From contig CAVXHC010000016.1 in assembly GCA_963761355.1 (NCBI GenBank), forward strand, positions 2,482 through 66,481: a DNA stretch of 64,000 nt, written 5' to 3'. The stretch is from an uncultured Solirubrobacteraceae bacterium. GTDB lineage: Bacteria > Actinomycetota > Thermoleophilia > Solirubrobacterales > Solirubrobacteraceae. The notes under the pieces are model-generated. The model saw only the letters and a list, made by a program, of their open reading frames with translations. It ran no database searches and had not been told where the DNA came from. The position numbers and the translations under genes were made by a program. Every line of letters begins with the position of its first letter. The first letter of the stretch is position 1. This document shows positions 37,979-47,181 of the stretch, piece by piece.

Positions 37979-38404
37979 CTACCCCCGTTCCTTGGCGAGG
38001 CGTTCGGCGGCGACACGGGCCTGGTCGATGTCGAGGTAGGTCGTAACCCGCTCGACCAGGATCCCCCGCCACAGGTAGACGAGTGCCTGCCGAGATTGAA
38101 CGTGACCGGCACTGCCAACGGGGCGGGCGTTCTGGCGCGCGACGGCAAGGGCAACTCCGCTACCAAGGTCCTGAGCCTGCTCCACAGCGAGCTCAAGCTT
38201 TTCATAAGCGTCGACCCACTCCTGCCACAAGCCACGCATGGCTGCATGATTCTCGAAGGTGCCCAAGCCCAAGGGCGAGAAGTCCCAGACGGCATCGGGA
38301 GCGAAGTGGCTCAGGATCGCATCCCAGTCGCCACGCTCAGCAGACGCCCAGAAACCGCGCACGAGCTCGACCAGGTCGGGGGTAGTGGACTCCTCGCACA
38401 TCAC
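37979..38404 (-). CDS. SnoaL-like NTF2 protein, type A
   Basis: MMCEESTTPDLVEL...AAERLAKERG; GATACT 7 nt before the start. Confidence 0.88.
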   Translation of the reverse strand: MMCEESTTPDLVELVRGFWASAERGDWDAILSHFAPDAVWDFSPLGLGTFENHAAMRGLWQEWVDAYEKLELAVEQAQDLGSGVALAVARQNARPVGSAGHVQSRQALVYLWRGILVERVTTYLDIDQARVAAERLAKERG

Positions 38405-38438
38405 GCAGTGGAGTATCCCGGACCGCTGCTTTCGCGGC

Positions 38439-40024
38439 GAGGCTGTTTCGTAAACATTCGCGCGTCCGTCAGCGCGGGCGTTCGCGGTGGGTTTCGCGCT
38501 CTGAGGGGCGTGGTGGTCTTGGCAGCGGTGAGACAGATGGGCCCGACCGGGCGTTCCCGGGCCCCTTTCAGGCCCCGGCGGTCGCTATTTGGCGGCTGTG
38601 GAGCTTCAGCAGATTGTGCGTAGCGGTGATTAGTCGCCATTCCGACCTGGCGGCGGCTCTGCCACGGCGTTGGAAGCGATCCATCCGGCGGTTGAACTTC
38701 GTATGTCCGAACACCGGCTCGATCATCGCCTGGCGTTTTCGGTAGAGCGCGTGTCCGAGCTCGGTGGAGAGCACTCGTCGCATGTGTGCGTAGGCGCCGC
38801 CATCCCACCCTGGACGGGTGCCCTTGCGGTGGCCGGCGTCGGGCGGGATCAGTACCTGGATCCCACGGTCGATGGCGTTCTCCATTTGCTCCCTGTGCCA
38901 GTAGCCGGCGTCGGCGAGCAGCACCCCCGGCGTCTCTGTGACACCCGCCGCCTGAAGCTCGCTCTGGGTCGCGTCGAGCATCGGCTGCAGATGCCCGAAA
39001 TCTGGTGAGTCGACCGTGACCTCGGCGGCGATCACGACCTGGTTCTCGTTGACGGCGGCTTGGGCGTTGTAGCCCTGAACGTAGCCGCGCGCGACCTTCA
39101 ACATGCGCGAGTCCGGGTCAGTCAGGTTGATCTTCCCCGCGGGAGTCTCGGGTGGTGAGTAGGGGGTTGGTGAGGCCCCGAGGCGGCGACCTCTGCTGTC
39201 CCGTGCATGCACGCGGTAGTGCTCGTAGGCGGCGTTCGCGCGGGACTCCGCCCACAGCTCCTCCTGCAGACGGCGCTTGGCCTCTTTCAAGCGAGCCGGG
39301 CGAGAACGCGGGATCGGCTTGGCTTCCTTGGCGCGTTCCTCATCGAGCTGGCGTTTGGCCTCGCGCAGCCAGCCGCGACGGCCCTGGCTGGTCGAGAGAT
39401 GCTCCGGCAGCTCATCGCCGCGCTTATCGCCATAGAGCTCGTCCTCGGCTGCGTCGACTTCGGCGGCCTCTTTGAGGATCTCCCGCGCGATCTGATCGAA
39501 GTCCGCGTTCTGCTCGCGGCTCGCGTTGGCGTGGACCTTGGTGCCGTCGACGGCGATCGTGCCGACCTTGACCATCCCCGCTCGCGCGCACAGCGTGAGC
39601 ACGCTGGTAAAGAGTCCGGCCAGAGCGTCTGAGTGCTCTGAACGAAAGCGATTGATCGTCACGTGATCGGGCGCGAGGTTCGACGCGATCACCCGGTAGG
39701 CGACGTCCTCCAGGCACGCGCGCTCGATACCTCGCGATGAGCGCTGTCCCTTCGCATAGGCGTAGAGCACGATCGCGACCATCATCGCCGGGTCATAGGC
39801 CGCGCGACCCCAACCGTCCTCGCGATATCGCGCGTAGAACGGCGACAGATCCATGTCCTTGACCGCGTCGATCACAAACCACGCCAGATGGTTCTCCGGC
39901 AGCCACTCGCGCAGCGAGGGCGACATCAACAACAACTGCTCACGATCACATTCGATGAAGTTCTGGGGCATCCCAGAAGTGCTTAACGACACCGGACAGA
40001 CCGGGGGGTTTGCGAAACAGCCTC
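38439..40024 (-). mobile_element. IS1182-family insertion sequence, 1586 bp
   Basis: 17-bp IRs GAGGCTGTTTCG(T/C)AAAC; 5-bp TSD GCGGC at 38434-38438 and 40025-40029. Confidence 0.9.
38568..39971 (-). CDS. IS1182 transposase
   Basis: GRAAYDPAMM...PDHVTINRFR...IAVDGTK...TDPDSR...GYNAQ...LADAGY...YRKRQAMIEPVFG. Confidence 0.93.
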   Translation of the reverse strand: MPQNFIECDREQLLLMSPSLREWLPENHLAWFVIDAVKDMDLSPFYARYREDGWGRAAYDPAMMVAIVLYAYAKGQRSSRGIERACLEDVAYRVIASNLAPDHVTINRFRSEHSDALAGLFTSVLTLCARAGMVKVGTIAVDGTKVHANASREQNADFDQIAREILKEAAEVDAAEDELYGDKRGDELPEHLSTSQGRRGWLREAKRQLDEERAKEAKPIPRSRPARLKEAKRRLQEELWAESRANAAYEHYRVHARDSRGRRLGASPTPYSPPETPAGKINLTDPDSRMLKVARGYVQGYNAQAAVNENQVVIAAEVTVDSPDFGHLQPMLDATQSELQAAGVTETPGVLLADAGYWHREQMENAIDRGIQVLIPPDAGHRKGTRPGWDGGAYAHMRRVLSTELGHALYRKRQAMIEPVFGHTKFNRRMDRFQRRGRAAARSEWRLITATHNLLKLHSRQIATAGA

Positions 40025-40162
40025 GCGGCTAAAGCGAGCGCCCGGCCAGCCCGGGGTCAGCGCTTGGAACGACGAGCACTCGTCAGGACTGCCTCTGCGG
40101 ACGCTTCTGCTTTCCACGGGAGCTGGCGTCCTTTCCACTCCGTCATTGAGCAAGCGGAGAAA

Positions 40163-40250
40163 CGTCCCGAATTGTGTCCCGAACTCGGGCATTTGGTCCG
40201 GCCCACTTCACCGAAGAAGTGGAGAAACGTGTCCCGAAACATGTCCCGAA
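40163..40250. repeat. integrase arm-type sites, right (four YGTCCCGAA)
   Basis: Copies at 40163, 40175, 40230 and 40242. Confidence 0.75.
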
Positions 40251-40332
40251 CTCCGCAAAGCTGAGGCCATCTGAGCCCATTTCGGGTGCCAAAATATGGC
40301 TCACGAAAGCCAATATCGAGGCCTCTCGTGAG

Positions 40333-40388
40333 ACTCGTAATGAAGGGGTCCGGGGTTCGAGTCCCCGCGTCGGCTCTGGAAAGGCCCA
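40333..40388 (+). other. 3' half of tRNA-Thr(CGT) plus 13 bp; attR of island 2
   Basis: Identical to 22529-22584. Confidence 0.93.
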
Positions 40389-40394
40389 ATAGCT

Positions 40395-40441
40395 TTGCCA
40401 TGGTAGGGAAGAGGCCGCCGGTTCGAGTCCGGCGCTGGGCT
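40395..40441 (+). other. 3' fragment of a tRNA-Thr(GGT)-like gene; relic att site
   Basis: ATGGTAG-GGAAG-AGGCC-GCCGG-TTCGAGT-CCGGC-GCTGGGC-T; no 5' half upstream. Confidence 0.7.
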
Positions 40442-40607
40442 TAAAGTCCCTGCAACGCAGCGACTTTGGGCGCACTGCGGCGTCATCTTGAATGGGCAGA
40501 GGTGCTACGCCTAAGTCCACGACGGACGTCGAACTGTCCTGCAAATGGGTCCTTTTCGCGGGCGACGACCCCATTACGCGGCAGTAGGGGTCGCTGCTTA
40601 ACAGCGC

Positions 40608-41249
40608 TCAGCCGACCTGGTACTTGATGTGCGTGACGCCGGGTGCGTCGAGGGCCCGGACCTGCGTAAGCTTGAGAGCCCCGCGCTGGAGACCCTCGAA
40701 CAGGCGCTCGCCGCCGGCCATGATCACCGGCGCGATCGAGATATCAACCTCGTCGACCAAGCCTTCGGCCAGGTATTGGTTTACGACCGACGCGCCGCCG
40801 GCGAGCCAGATGTCTTGCCCCTGAGCGGCGTCCTTGGCCTGCGCGAGTGCCGACGCGATCCCGTCGGTGACGAAGTGGAAGGTGGTGCCGCCCTTCATCT
40901 CAAGCGGCTCGCGCGCGTGGTGCGTGAGCACGAACACCGGATGGTGGTAGGGCGGGTTCTCACCCCACCAGCCTGGCCACGGATCGGCGCCCCAGGGTCC
41001 CGTGCCGCCTCCGAACATGTTGCGTCCCATGATGGTCGCGCCGATGTGTGCGCGGCGCTCCGCTACCACCGCGGAGCTGGCGTTAGTCTCGCCGCCCTGC
41101 TCGCCGTGCATCTCGCGGAACTCCTTGAGCGGGAAGAACCATTTGTGCAACTCCATCCCGCCTACTCCGAGCGGGTTCTTCTCGTTCTGGTCTGGGCCTG
41201 CGACATAGCCGTCCACCGACATCGTGATGCTGAGTCTCAGATTGCTCAT
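40608..41249 (-). CDS. dihydrofolate reductase-like (RibD C-terminal) protein
   Basis: SITMSVDGYVAG...IMGRNMF...IWLAGG...GLVDE. Confidence 0.9.
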   Translation of the reverse strand: MSNLRLSITMSVDGYVAGPDQNEKNPLGVGGMELHKWFFPLKEFREMHGEQGGETNASSAVVAERRAHIGATIMGRNMFGGGTGPWGADPWPGWWGENPPYHHPVFVLTHHAREPLEMKGGTTFHFVTDGIASALAQAKDAAQGQDIWLAGGASVVNQYLAEGLVDEVDISIAPVIMAGGERLFEGLQRGALKLTQVRALDAPGVTHIKYQVG

Positions 41250-41447
41250 ATCCACTCCTGCCTGGGTTTTCGAATTCTGCCGACAAAGACGCCGGAGCGC
41301 GTGAAGCAGGACAACCTGGCGAATGCGATCGCCCAAGAGCGGCGCGATTTCAATGCAGAGACATGCTTATCGCACAGCTGATCCATCGCTTTCCGAGGCA
41401 CAGTGTGGCGCCCTGAGCAGCCGTGTCGGCCCGATGCGGCCGGGGGG

Positions 41448-41855
41448 CTAGACGGGCGCCAGCAGCCGAGCGACAGCGTTCTCGATCGCCACGAGCAGCG
41501 TCCACGTCGAGTTCGCATGGCCGATGTGCTCGCCGAGCGGGATTGTGGCAGCATCCTCGACCAGCTCGGTGAGCGCTGACTCCATCCGTTCAACCAGGCA
41601 GTCGCGAATTGCATCGGTGATTCCGAGCGGCACGTCCGCGACCGGCGGATCTCCGCTCAGCGCATTCGTCAGGTCCCATGCTTCGCGGACCCGCTCGCGG
41701 GACCGCGCCAGGTCGAACTCCCCCGGGCCGCCGTGCCTTCGGTCAGCGGCGTACTTCGCGTTCCACTCATGATCGCGTATCACCGCCGCGGAGTAGACGA
41801 GCGCCCCCACCTGCTCGGGATCAACCGCCAGTCTCACTGTGGCTAGGCTGCGCAT
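41448..41855 (-). CDS. hypothetical protein
   Basis: 135-aa ORF with plausible composition. Confidence 0.45.
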   Translation of the reverse strand: MRSLATVRLAVDPEQVGALVYSAAVIRDHEWNAKYAADRRHGGPGEFDLARSRERVREAWDLTNALSGDPPVADVPLGITDAIRDCLVERMESALTELVEDAATIPLGEHIGHANSTWTLLVAIENAVARLLAPV

Positions 41856-41892
41856 TGTGAGCGCCTCTTCCAGTGGGTTTTGCTTACTGACG

Positions 41893-42210
41893 TCACTCGG
41901 TCGCTGAGAGTGTGCGCGACCCTCGCTCCCTGGTCAGCTCGCCGGCCCTCATCATGTGTGAGATCTCTGCGGCGATTGTGCCGCGGTTGGCGTTCAATCC
42001 CTTGGCCATGTCGCCGGTGGTGCTCTGCGGGTGATCCTTCACGTATTCGAAGATGCGCCCGTCGATGTCGTCCTTGTGCCGTCGCGCTGTGGCGCGACGG
42101 TTACTGGCGCGACGCGCGGTTGCGCGACGCGTGGAGCGCTGCGGCACCAATGCTGCTGTGAGCGCCGACTCTGGCGGGCGGGCTCCGTCCACGATTGGCT
42201 GCGTCTTCAT
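41893..42210 (-). CDS. basic-linker winged-HTH protein, possibly a remnant
   Basis: RRATARRASNRRATARR then IFEYVKDHP.STTGDMAKGL...GEL. Confidence 0.45.
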   Translation of the reverse strand: MKTQPIVDGARPPESALTAALVPQRSTRRATARRASNRRATARRHKDDIDGRIFEYVKDHPQSTTGDMAKGLNANRGTIAAEISHMMRAGELTRERGSRTLSATE

Positions 42211-42541
42211 TGTCGAGAACCTCCTGACCCTCATGGAGGTGCGCGCGAGAGGAGAGGGTACGAGACCCATCACGTAGATAAGCGAGCTGGGCCCCGCGAG
42301 TCTCGATCATGGCCTCAAGCTCCGCGCCTCGGCGCAATCGCACTTCGGTGGCTTTCGGGCTTCTGAGGCTGAAGTCCTGCCCGCAGGGTCAGCTCAACTA
42401 TCCACACTATCCCTTTCCGGGTCGGCGACAGACAACGGGCTTGCTGCCCCGCTCCGGTCCGGCGCTCGCGTGTCGGCGCCGGTGGTCGATTCGGGCTAGG
42501 ATGGAACGCGTCTTCGTCTCTGCACCCCCCTCGATCGCGCG

Positions 42542-42964
42542 ATGAGCTCACAGGACGTCAAGGGCTCAGCACAGACGCACGGCGACGTGCTGACCGCGAT
42601 CTCGGACGGGATGGTCGCGCTGCTGAAGGAGTTCTACGGTCGAGGCCCGACCCGTGCCAAGTCCTACTACGAGGACGACCTGGTGGTGTGCGTGCTGCGC
42701 GGCGGCTTTTCACGCGTCGAGGAGACGCTGCTCGAGGGCGGGCGCGGTCCCGCCGTCATCCAGCAGCGGATGGAGTTTCAGGAGCTCATGCGTGACCGTT
42801 TTGAGGCGGTGATCGAGGGCGCGACCGGCCGCCAGGTGATCGGCTTCATGAGCGGGAACCAGCAGCATCCGGACATGATGTGCGAGGTGTTCATTCTCAC
42901 GCCGACGGATCTCGTAGATGTCGACGAGCTCCAAGCAAGCCGACCGGCGCCGAGCTCACGCTGA
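42542..42964 (+). CDS. DUF2294 domain protein
   Basis: ISDGMVALLKEFYGRGPTRAKSY..DDLVVCVL...CEVF. Confidence 0.88.
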   Translation: MSSQDVKGSAQTHGDVLTAISDGMVALLKEFYGRGPTRAKSYYEDDLVVCVLRGGFSRVEETLLEGGRGPAVIQQRMEFQELMRDRFEAVIEGATGRQVIGFMSGNQQHPDMMCEVFILTPTDLVDVDELQASRPAPSSR

Positions 42965-43106
42965 CGCAACGCGGCGGGAGCCTCGCCCGGCTTCGGCCGC
43001 CGAGCGAGTATGCTGGGTGTTGGAGGGCACACAGCGTGAGGTCGGCTTACAGCGGCGGGCAGCACGGCCTGACTTCCGAGAGTCCAACCTAACTCGGGAG
43101 GTCTTT

Positions 43107-43670
43107 ATGCCCAGCACGCAGCTTCTCACCAATTCGACCGCGCGCTGCGTGGATGCGATGCATCTTCTGCAGGCCGACGCGAACCTCGACCGCATGCCCA
43201 CGCGCGCCGGACATTTCGACAGCGTTCAAACCGGCGCCATCGACACGGCCGAGGCGTCCGCGAAGGCTGCCTCAGAGACATTCATCCACCCCGCCGCCGG
43301 TGAGATAACCGAAAGGTTCGATCCCATCGCCTGCCTTGACGACCGAGTCCGCCACGGGGGCAGACTCGTCGAACCGGTCGAGTCAGGCCGCTACATCCAG
43401 TTACAAGGGCCCAGTCGAACGCTGCTCATCCCGCTCGGCGCCGAGGTGACCCATATCGGTCGCGGTCTTGCGGCCGACCTGCATCTCGACGATAGCTCCG
43501 TGTCGCGACGCCACGCGGTCCTCGTCCCGCGGCCCTCCGGCCAGCGGATTCTCGACGACCGTAGCTCCAACGGCACGTTCGTCAATGGCCGGCGCATCGA
43601 GCAGTTCGATCTGCGCAACGGCGACGTGATCGCGCTCGGCCGAGTCGTGCTGCGGTATCTAGAGCTATAG
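43107..43670 (+). CDS. FHA domain protein
   Basis: HIGR...SVSRRHA...DDRSSNGTFVNG; GGGAGG RBS. Confidence 0.9.
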   Translation: MPSTQLLTNSTARCVDAMHLLQADANLDRMPTRAGHFDSVQTGAIDTAEASAKAASETFIHPAAGEITERFDPIACLDDRVRHGGRLVEPVESGRYIQLQGPSRTLLIPLGAEVTHIGRGLAADLHLDDSSVSRRHAVLVPRPSGQRILDDRSSNGTFVNGRRIEQFDLRNGDVIALGRVVLRYLEL

Positions 43671-43781
43671 GGGCTGGGAGAAGGAAAAGCTCGGGAGCTT
43701 GAGCCCCAGCGGTACGCGACTAGCACCCGACCGCAGAGCTACTGCCTGATCCGGGAGCCTGTCCCAAGGCTATATCCCTAA

Positions 43782-43973
43782 GTGGATCAAGCACAGCGTC
43801 AAGGCATCCTGCACCACATGGCTGAGCATCCGCCAGAATCGGGCGATCAAGTCACGGCGTATGCCTACGCGCTTGCGGGATGCCCGGATGATCTAGCGAT
43901 CTGGCTGGAGACACCGGCCGCACAGGATGCGATCTCGGCGTTGCTGGCGGCCACGGCCGACGCAACGCCTTAG
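43782..43973 (+). CDS. small hypothetical protein
   Basis: 63-aa ORF with TATATC 5 nt before the GTG. Confidence 0.35.
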   Translation: MDQAQRQGILHHMAEHPPESGDQVTAYAYALAGCPDDLAIWLETPAAQDAISALLAATADATP

Positions 43974-43992
43974 ACGCCCAGGGGCGAGGACA

Positions 43993-44211
43993 TCAGTCTC
44001 GCTTCCCAAGCTGTTCGATCTCGTCCGCAAGTTCAAGGATCGCGCGGTGAAGTGCAGAGATGAGCTCGCCGTGCGCTCGGACCTGTTCCTCGACGTCGAC
44101 ATGGTCGGGAAGTTCGCGCGAGCCCCTGGTTGCGATGAAGTGTGCGAGTGCGGGAGCTTCGTACTGATCCGGCTCCCTGATGCGTCCCTCGATGTCGTCG
44201 CGTAATGACAT
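43993..44211 (-). CDS. small hypothetical protein
   Basis: 72-aa helical ORF; GGTGAGG upstream. Confidence 0.5.
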   Translation of the reverse strand: MSLRDDIEGRIREPDQYEAPALAHFIATRGSRELPDHVDVEEQVRAHGELISALHRAILELADEIEQLGKRD

Positions 44212-44399
44212 GCCGACACCTCACCAAAACCGAGGCGTTTACACCGTTTCAGGATGATATCGTCACGCGGACACTGGCCCTGCGGCCATAGCGCCAGGCC
44301 TATGCCCGCCGCCGAAAGTGCCCCAGGCGCAGACGAGGACGTGGAGCGAGGGCGAACAGCGTTCTCGGCGGGGCCAGCGCGTTTGAGGGGGAGGATCAG

Positions 44400-44570
44400 G
44401 GCGCGAGCGTCACGGCAGGCACCTACCGAGGTCCACCGCGCGTACTCCTCCCGAGGCGCTGACGCAGCGTCAGAGGGCTGGCCGGTCGCTGTCGCTGTCG
44501 CTTGGCGCGCGCGTGGGCTCAAGGGACACGCTTGGGCGTCGTCCGCTGCGAAAGCGTCGAACATGTCGCT
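44400..44570. repeat. degenerate array of the same repeat modules
   Basis: gcgagcgtcacggcaggcac (cf. 103-bp repeat); ctgtcgcttgg; gtcgtccgctgcgaaagcg. Confidence 0.55.
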
Positions 44571-44872
44571 GTTTGCGGGAATTTCATGGGCAACAGTGTT
44601 CACCAGCCGTGCCGACCACCGAAATAGGAGTAGCGTCGATGCGGGGCCGTTGTCGGCCGCTTCTGCTCGGATCTCTCGCGCAGGCTCCGGGAGGCGCCAC
44701 CTCCCGCCGACCTCACGGGCTGTTTCGTCCGTAGCGACAGAAACGCCACATAGCCAGCAGGGCTCGTCCTGATTTTGGGGGTTTTGCGCTTACACGCAAG
44801 TCCTCGCGCCCCGGTGTGAACCGTGGCCGAGCGCGCTCGTTGGAGCGGGATGTTCAACCGAGAGAGGAAGCC

Positions 44873-45085
44873 ATGGACCCAATCGCCCACATCACGGTCA
44901 CAGATCACATAGGCACGGTGTTGAAGCGTGTCTCGATCGCAAATCGGGACGTCCAGGATGAGATCGACATGGTGGGCTCGTCCTTTCGCGACAGAGGAGG
45001 GCTCGATCCGTTCCACATGGTCATCCGCAGTTTTGACGATGACCTCGCGAAAGCGATGGAGACAGCCTGGAGCCAGGCCACCTAG
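44873..45085 (+). CDS. small hypothetical protein
   Basis: GAGAGGAAG RBS; 70 aa. Confidence 0.55.
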   Translation: MDPIAHITVTDHIGTVLKRVSIANRDVQDEIDMVGSSFRDRGGLDPFHMVIRSFDDDLAKAMETAWSQAT

Positions 45086-45324
45086 ATCGCATGAGAGGGC
45101 CGCACTTCCTGGCCACCGGCGCCAACCGCGGCATCAACAGATCGCAGCTTGGGGGTCGCCGACACAGCGCCGTTGAAGTCGGATACGTCGATCGTGTCCG
45201 ACATCCGGCTCTGCGCTGTGCCAGTGCCTACGCTCTCCTGTAGGACGAGCACGAGTACAGAGGCGCGCTCCGAGCCTTCGGTGATCACGGCGACGCATTG
45301 CGGGCGGCGGGTCTGGTGTAGGGC

Positions 45325-45729
45325 TCAGGTGCCGGTGTCCGGTGTGAGGGCGAGGTCGGCGAGGGCACGGTCGCGGTCTGTGTAGTTGGTGATCTTGGTG
45401 ACCTTGCCGTCGTGAATATCGAATACCTCAGCGCACCGTCTGGTCACCGGCACGCCGCTTTTCCTGCCGCGCCCGCTCCATCGCGTCAGCAACAGAACAC
45501 GGTCGCCGTCGAACTCCGTGTACTCGTCCACCTCGGCGGAGAAGTCGACGATATCGCTGAAGAGGTTGCGCATAGCTTCCGCGAGCCCCACGAGGCCCGT
45601 GTAGGTGCGCGGCTCAAGCGCGTCGACGACGGCGTACTCGATCTCGGGGTCGGCCCACTCGGCCTTGCTGTAGTCGCCGTGTTCGATGGGCTCCTAGATT
45701 GAGCGCACTAGGTCCAAGTTCGAGGACAC
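45325..45729 (-). pseudogene. SnoaL-like type-C gene with an in-frame amber at codon 12
   Basis: VSSNLDLVRSI*EPIEHGD...LADLALTPDTGT; TAG at 45694-45696; GATAAT 7 nt before the GTG. Confidence 0.8.
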
Positions 45730-45872
45730 GGGAGGGATTATCGCCCACCCGTAGCCGTCCACGGCGGGGCGTGCCGAGAGTGGTGCTTTCGCCCAGAAGC
45801 GAGCGTCTCCGCCGGAGTCGCTGAGGCTGCTGGTCCGGATGAGCCGCGGGCGTCTCGCCCAGCTGAGCGCGC

Positions 45873-46738
45873 TTGTGGACGGCGCCGCTCGTGGACATCG
45901 TCGAGGGGCTTTCCCCCATCGAGACCGAGTCGGCGCGCACCGTCGTGTGGCATGGGATGCACAGCGGCGGGACGATCTTGGCCTACATGACCGCCGTCCG
46001 CATTCACGACGCTGGCGGCCGGCTCGCGGGTACGGCCCTTATCTACAAGCCGGGGACCAGCATGGCGGTGCTCGGTACGGTCGCTGGCGCGGGCGATCTG
46101 CGCCACTTCGAGCGCATGGAGCAGGTGGCGAAAGCGGGCCGGCGGCCGGCAGCCATTCTGTTCGCCGATTTGGAGTCCTCCTCGCTTCTCTCTCGGACGC
46201 TGCCGACGGCCAGCTACTTCGCGCTCGGCAGGCGCATGGCCCGTGCGGCAGACCAGTGCGTGATTGACGCGGGCGGGCTCGTTGGCCGCCACGTCGGAGA
46301 TGGGGCTGTCGCATTCTTCCTGGCAGCGAGCACCGGCTCCGAGTCCGCCTCCTCCCGCGCGTGTATCCAGGCAGCCCGCGCGCTCAGGGAGGCTATGGTC
46401 GCGATCGCGGCTCGCAGCGAACTCGCACCCGACGACCTGGTCATGCGTTTCGGACTGCATTGGGGCTCGACCCTGTATGTCGGGCAGATAGCCACCGGCG
46501 GACGCACAGAGGTGACCGCCCTCGGCGACGAGGTCAACGAGGGGGCACGCATCGAGGCTTGCGCCACCGGAGGGCGAGCGCTTGCCTCAAAGGCGCTGGT
46601 TGAGCGCCTTGACCCCGACGATGCCGTCGCGCTCGACCTCAACCCCGACCGCGTTACCTACACGCGTTGGCGGACCTGCCCACGGCGACGGAGAAGGCGC
46701 GCCGCGACGCCCCAGCGATCGCCGTCTGCGAGGTCTAG
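45873..46738 (+). pseudogene. class III adenylate/guanylate cyclase, 5'-truncated and frameshifted near 46665
   Basis: ILFADLESSS...HVGDG...RFGLHWG...ALGDEVNEGARIE; tail LADLPTATEKARRDA is in another frame. Confidence 0.8.
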
Positions 46739-46817
46739 GCCGAGCCGGCACGCGGCTTCACTTGCGCTCGCCTGTGGATGCGAGCGCCACGGCGGACAAC
46801 ACTCAGACTCCTGGACC

Positions 46818-46920
46818 GGACGAGCCGCGAGCGTCTCGTCAGGCACTCGCGAGGCGCCTGCTTCGCCATGGCGAAAGCAGTAGCCGGTGGCGCGGACGCG
46901 CCGACTGCTGTTGGTCGTCC
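46818..46920. repeat. 103-bp dispersed repeat, copy 3 (outside island 2)
   Basis: Central hairpin CTGCT-TCGCCATGGCGA-A-AGCAG. Confidence 0.95.
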
Positions 46921-46996
46921 ATTCCGATCGTCTCGCGAGCCCCATGGGGACGGCTCCTTCCACGGGAAGGCGAGAGTCCTGCCGTCCGCGCAAGCC

Positions 46997-47062
46997 GGCC
47001 TGCTGCCAATCGGGCAGGGCATCGATGTAGGCGTCAACACGCGGGTCGGCAACGTAGGTCAC
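46997..47062 (-). pseudogene. 5' fragment of a DUF1801/YdhG-like gene
   Basis: MTYVADPRVDAYIDALPDWQQA, then runs into repeat sequence. Confidence 0.65.
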
Positions 47063-47181
47063 GCCGGATCCACCGTAACTTGATGACGTCGTTCAGACCA
47101 CCGAGCGCGCACGTACGTCAGCAGAGCATGTAGCGGCAACCAGCACACCGCCACATGCTCTGCGCGAACGGACTCCGGGGG

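Larger units (their letters stand above)
22529..40388. mobile_element. integrative island 2 (~17.8 kb) in tRNA-Thr(CGT)
   Basis: 56-bp perfect direct repeat 22529-22584 = 40333-40388; adjacent integrase; TGTCCCGAA arm repeats at both ends. Confidence 0.92.

Noticed and set aside
22673-40388. Classical integron
   Set aside because: The integrase has phage-type arm sites and a tRNA target; the repeats lack RYYYAAC/GTTRRRY ends; cargo has its own promoters in both orientations
9421-40388. Prophage or conjugative ICE
   Set aside because: No capsid, terminase, tail, relaxase or T4SS genes seen
45694-45696. Amber read-through (pyrrolysine or similar) in the SnoaL gene
   Set aside because: No supporting machinery or signal visible; neighbouring genes are also decayed
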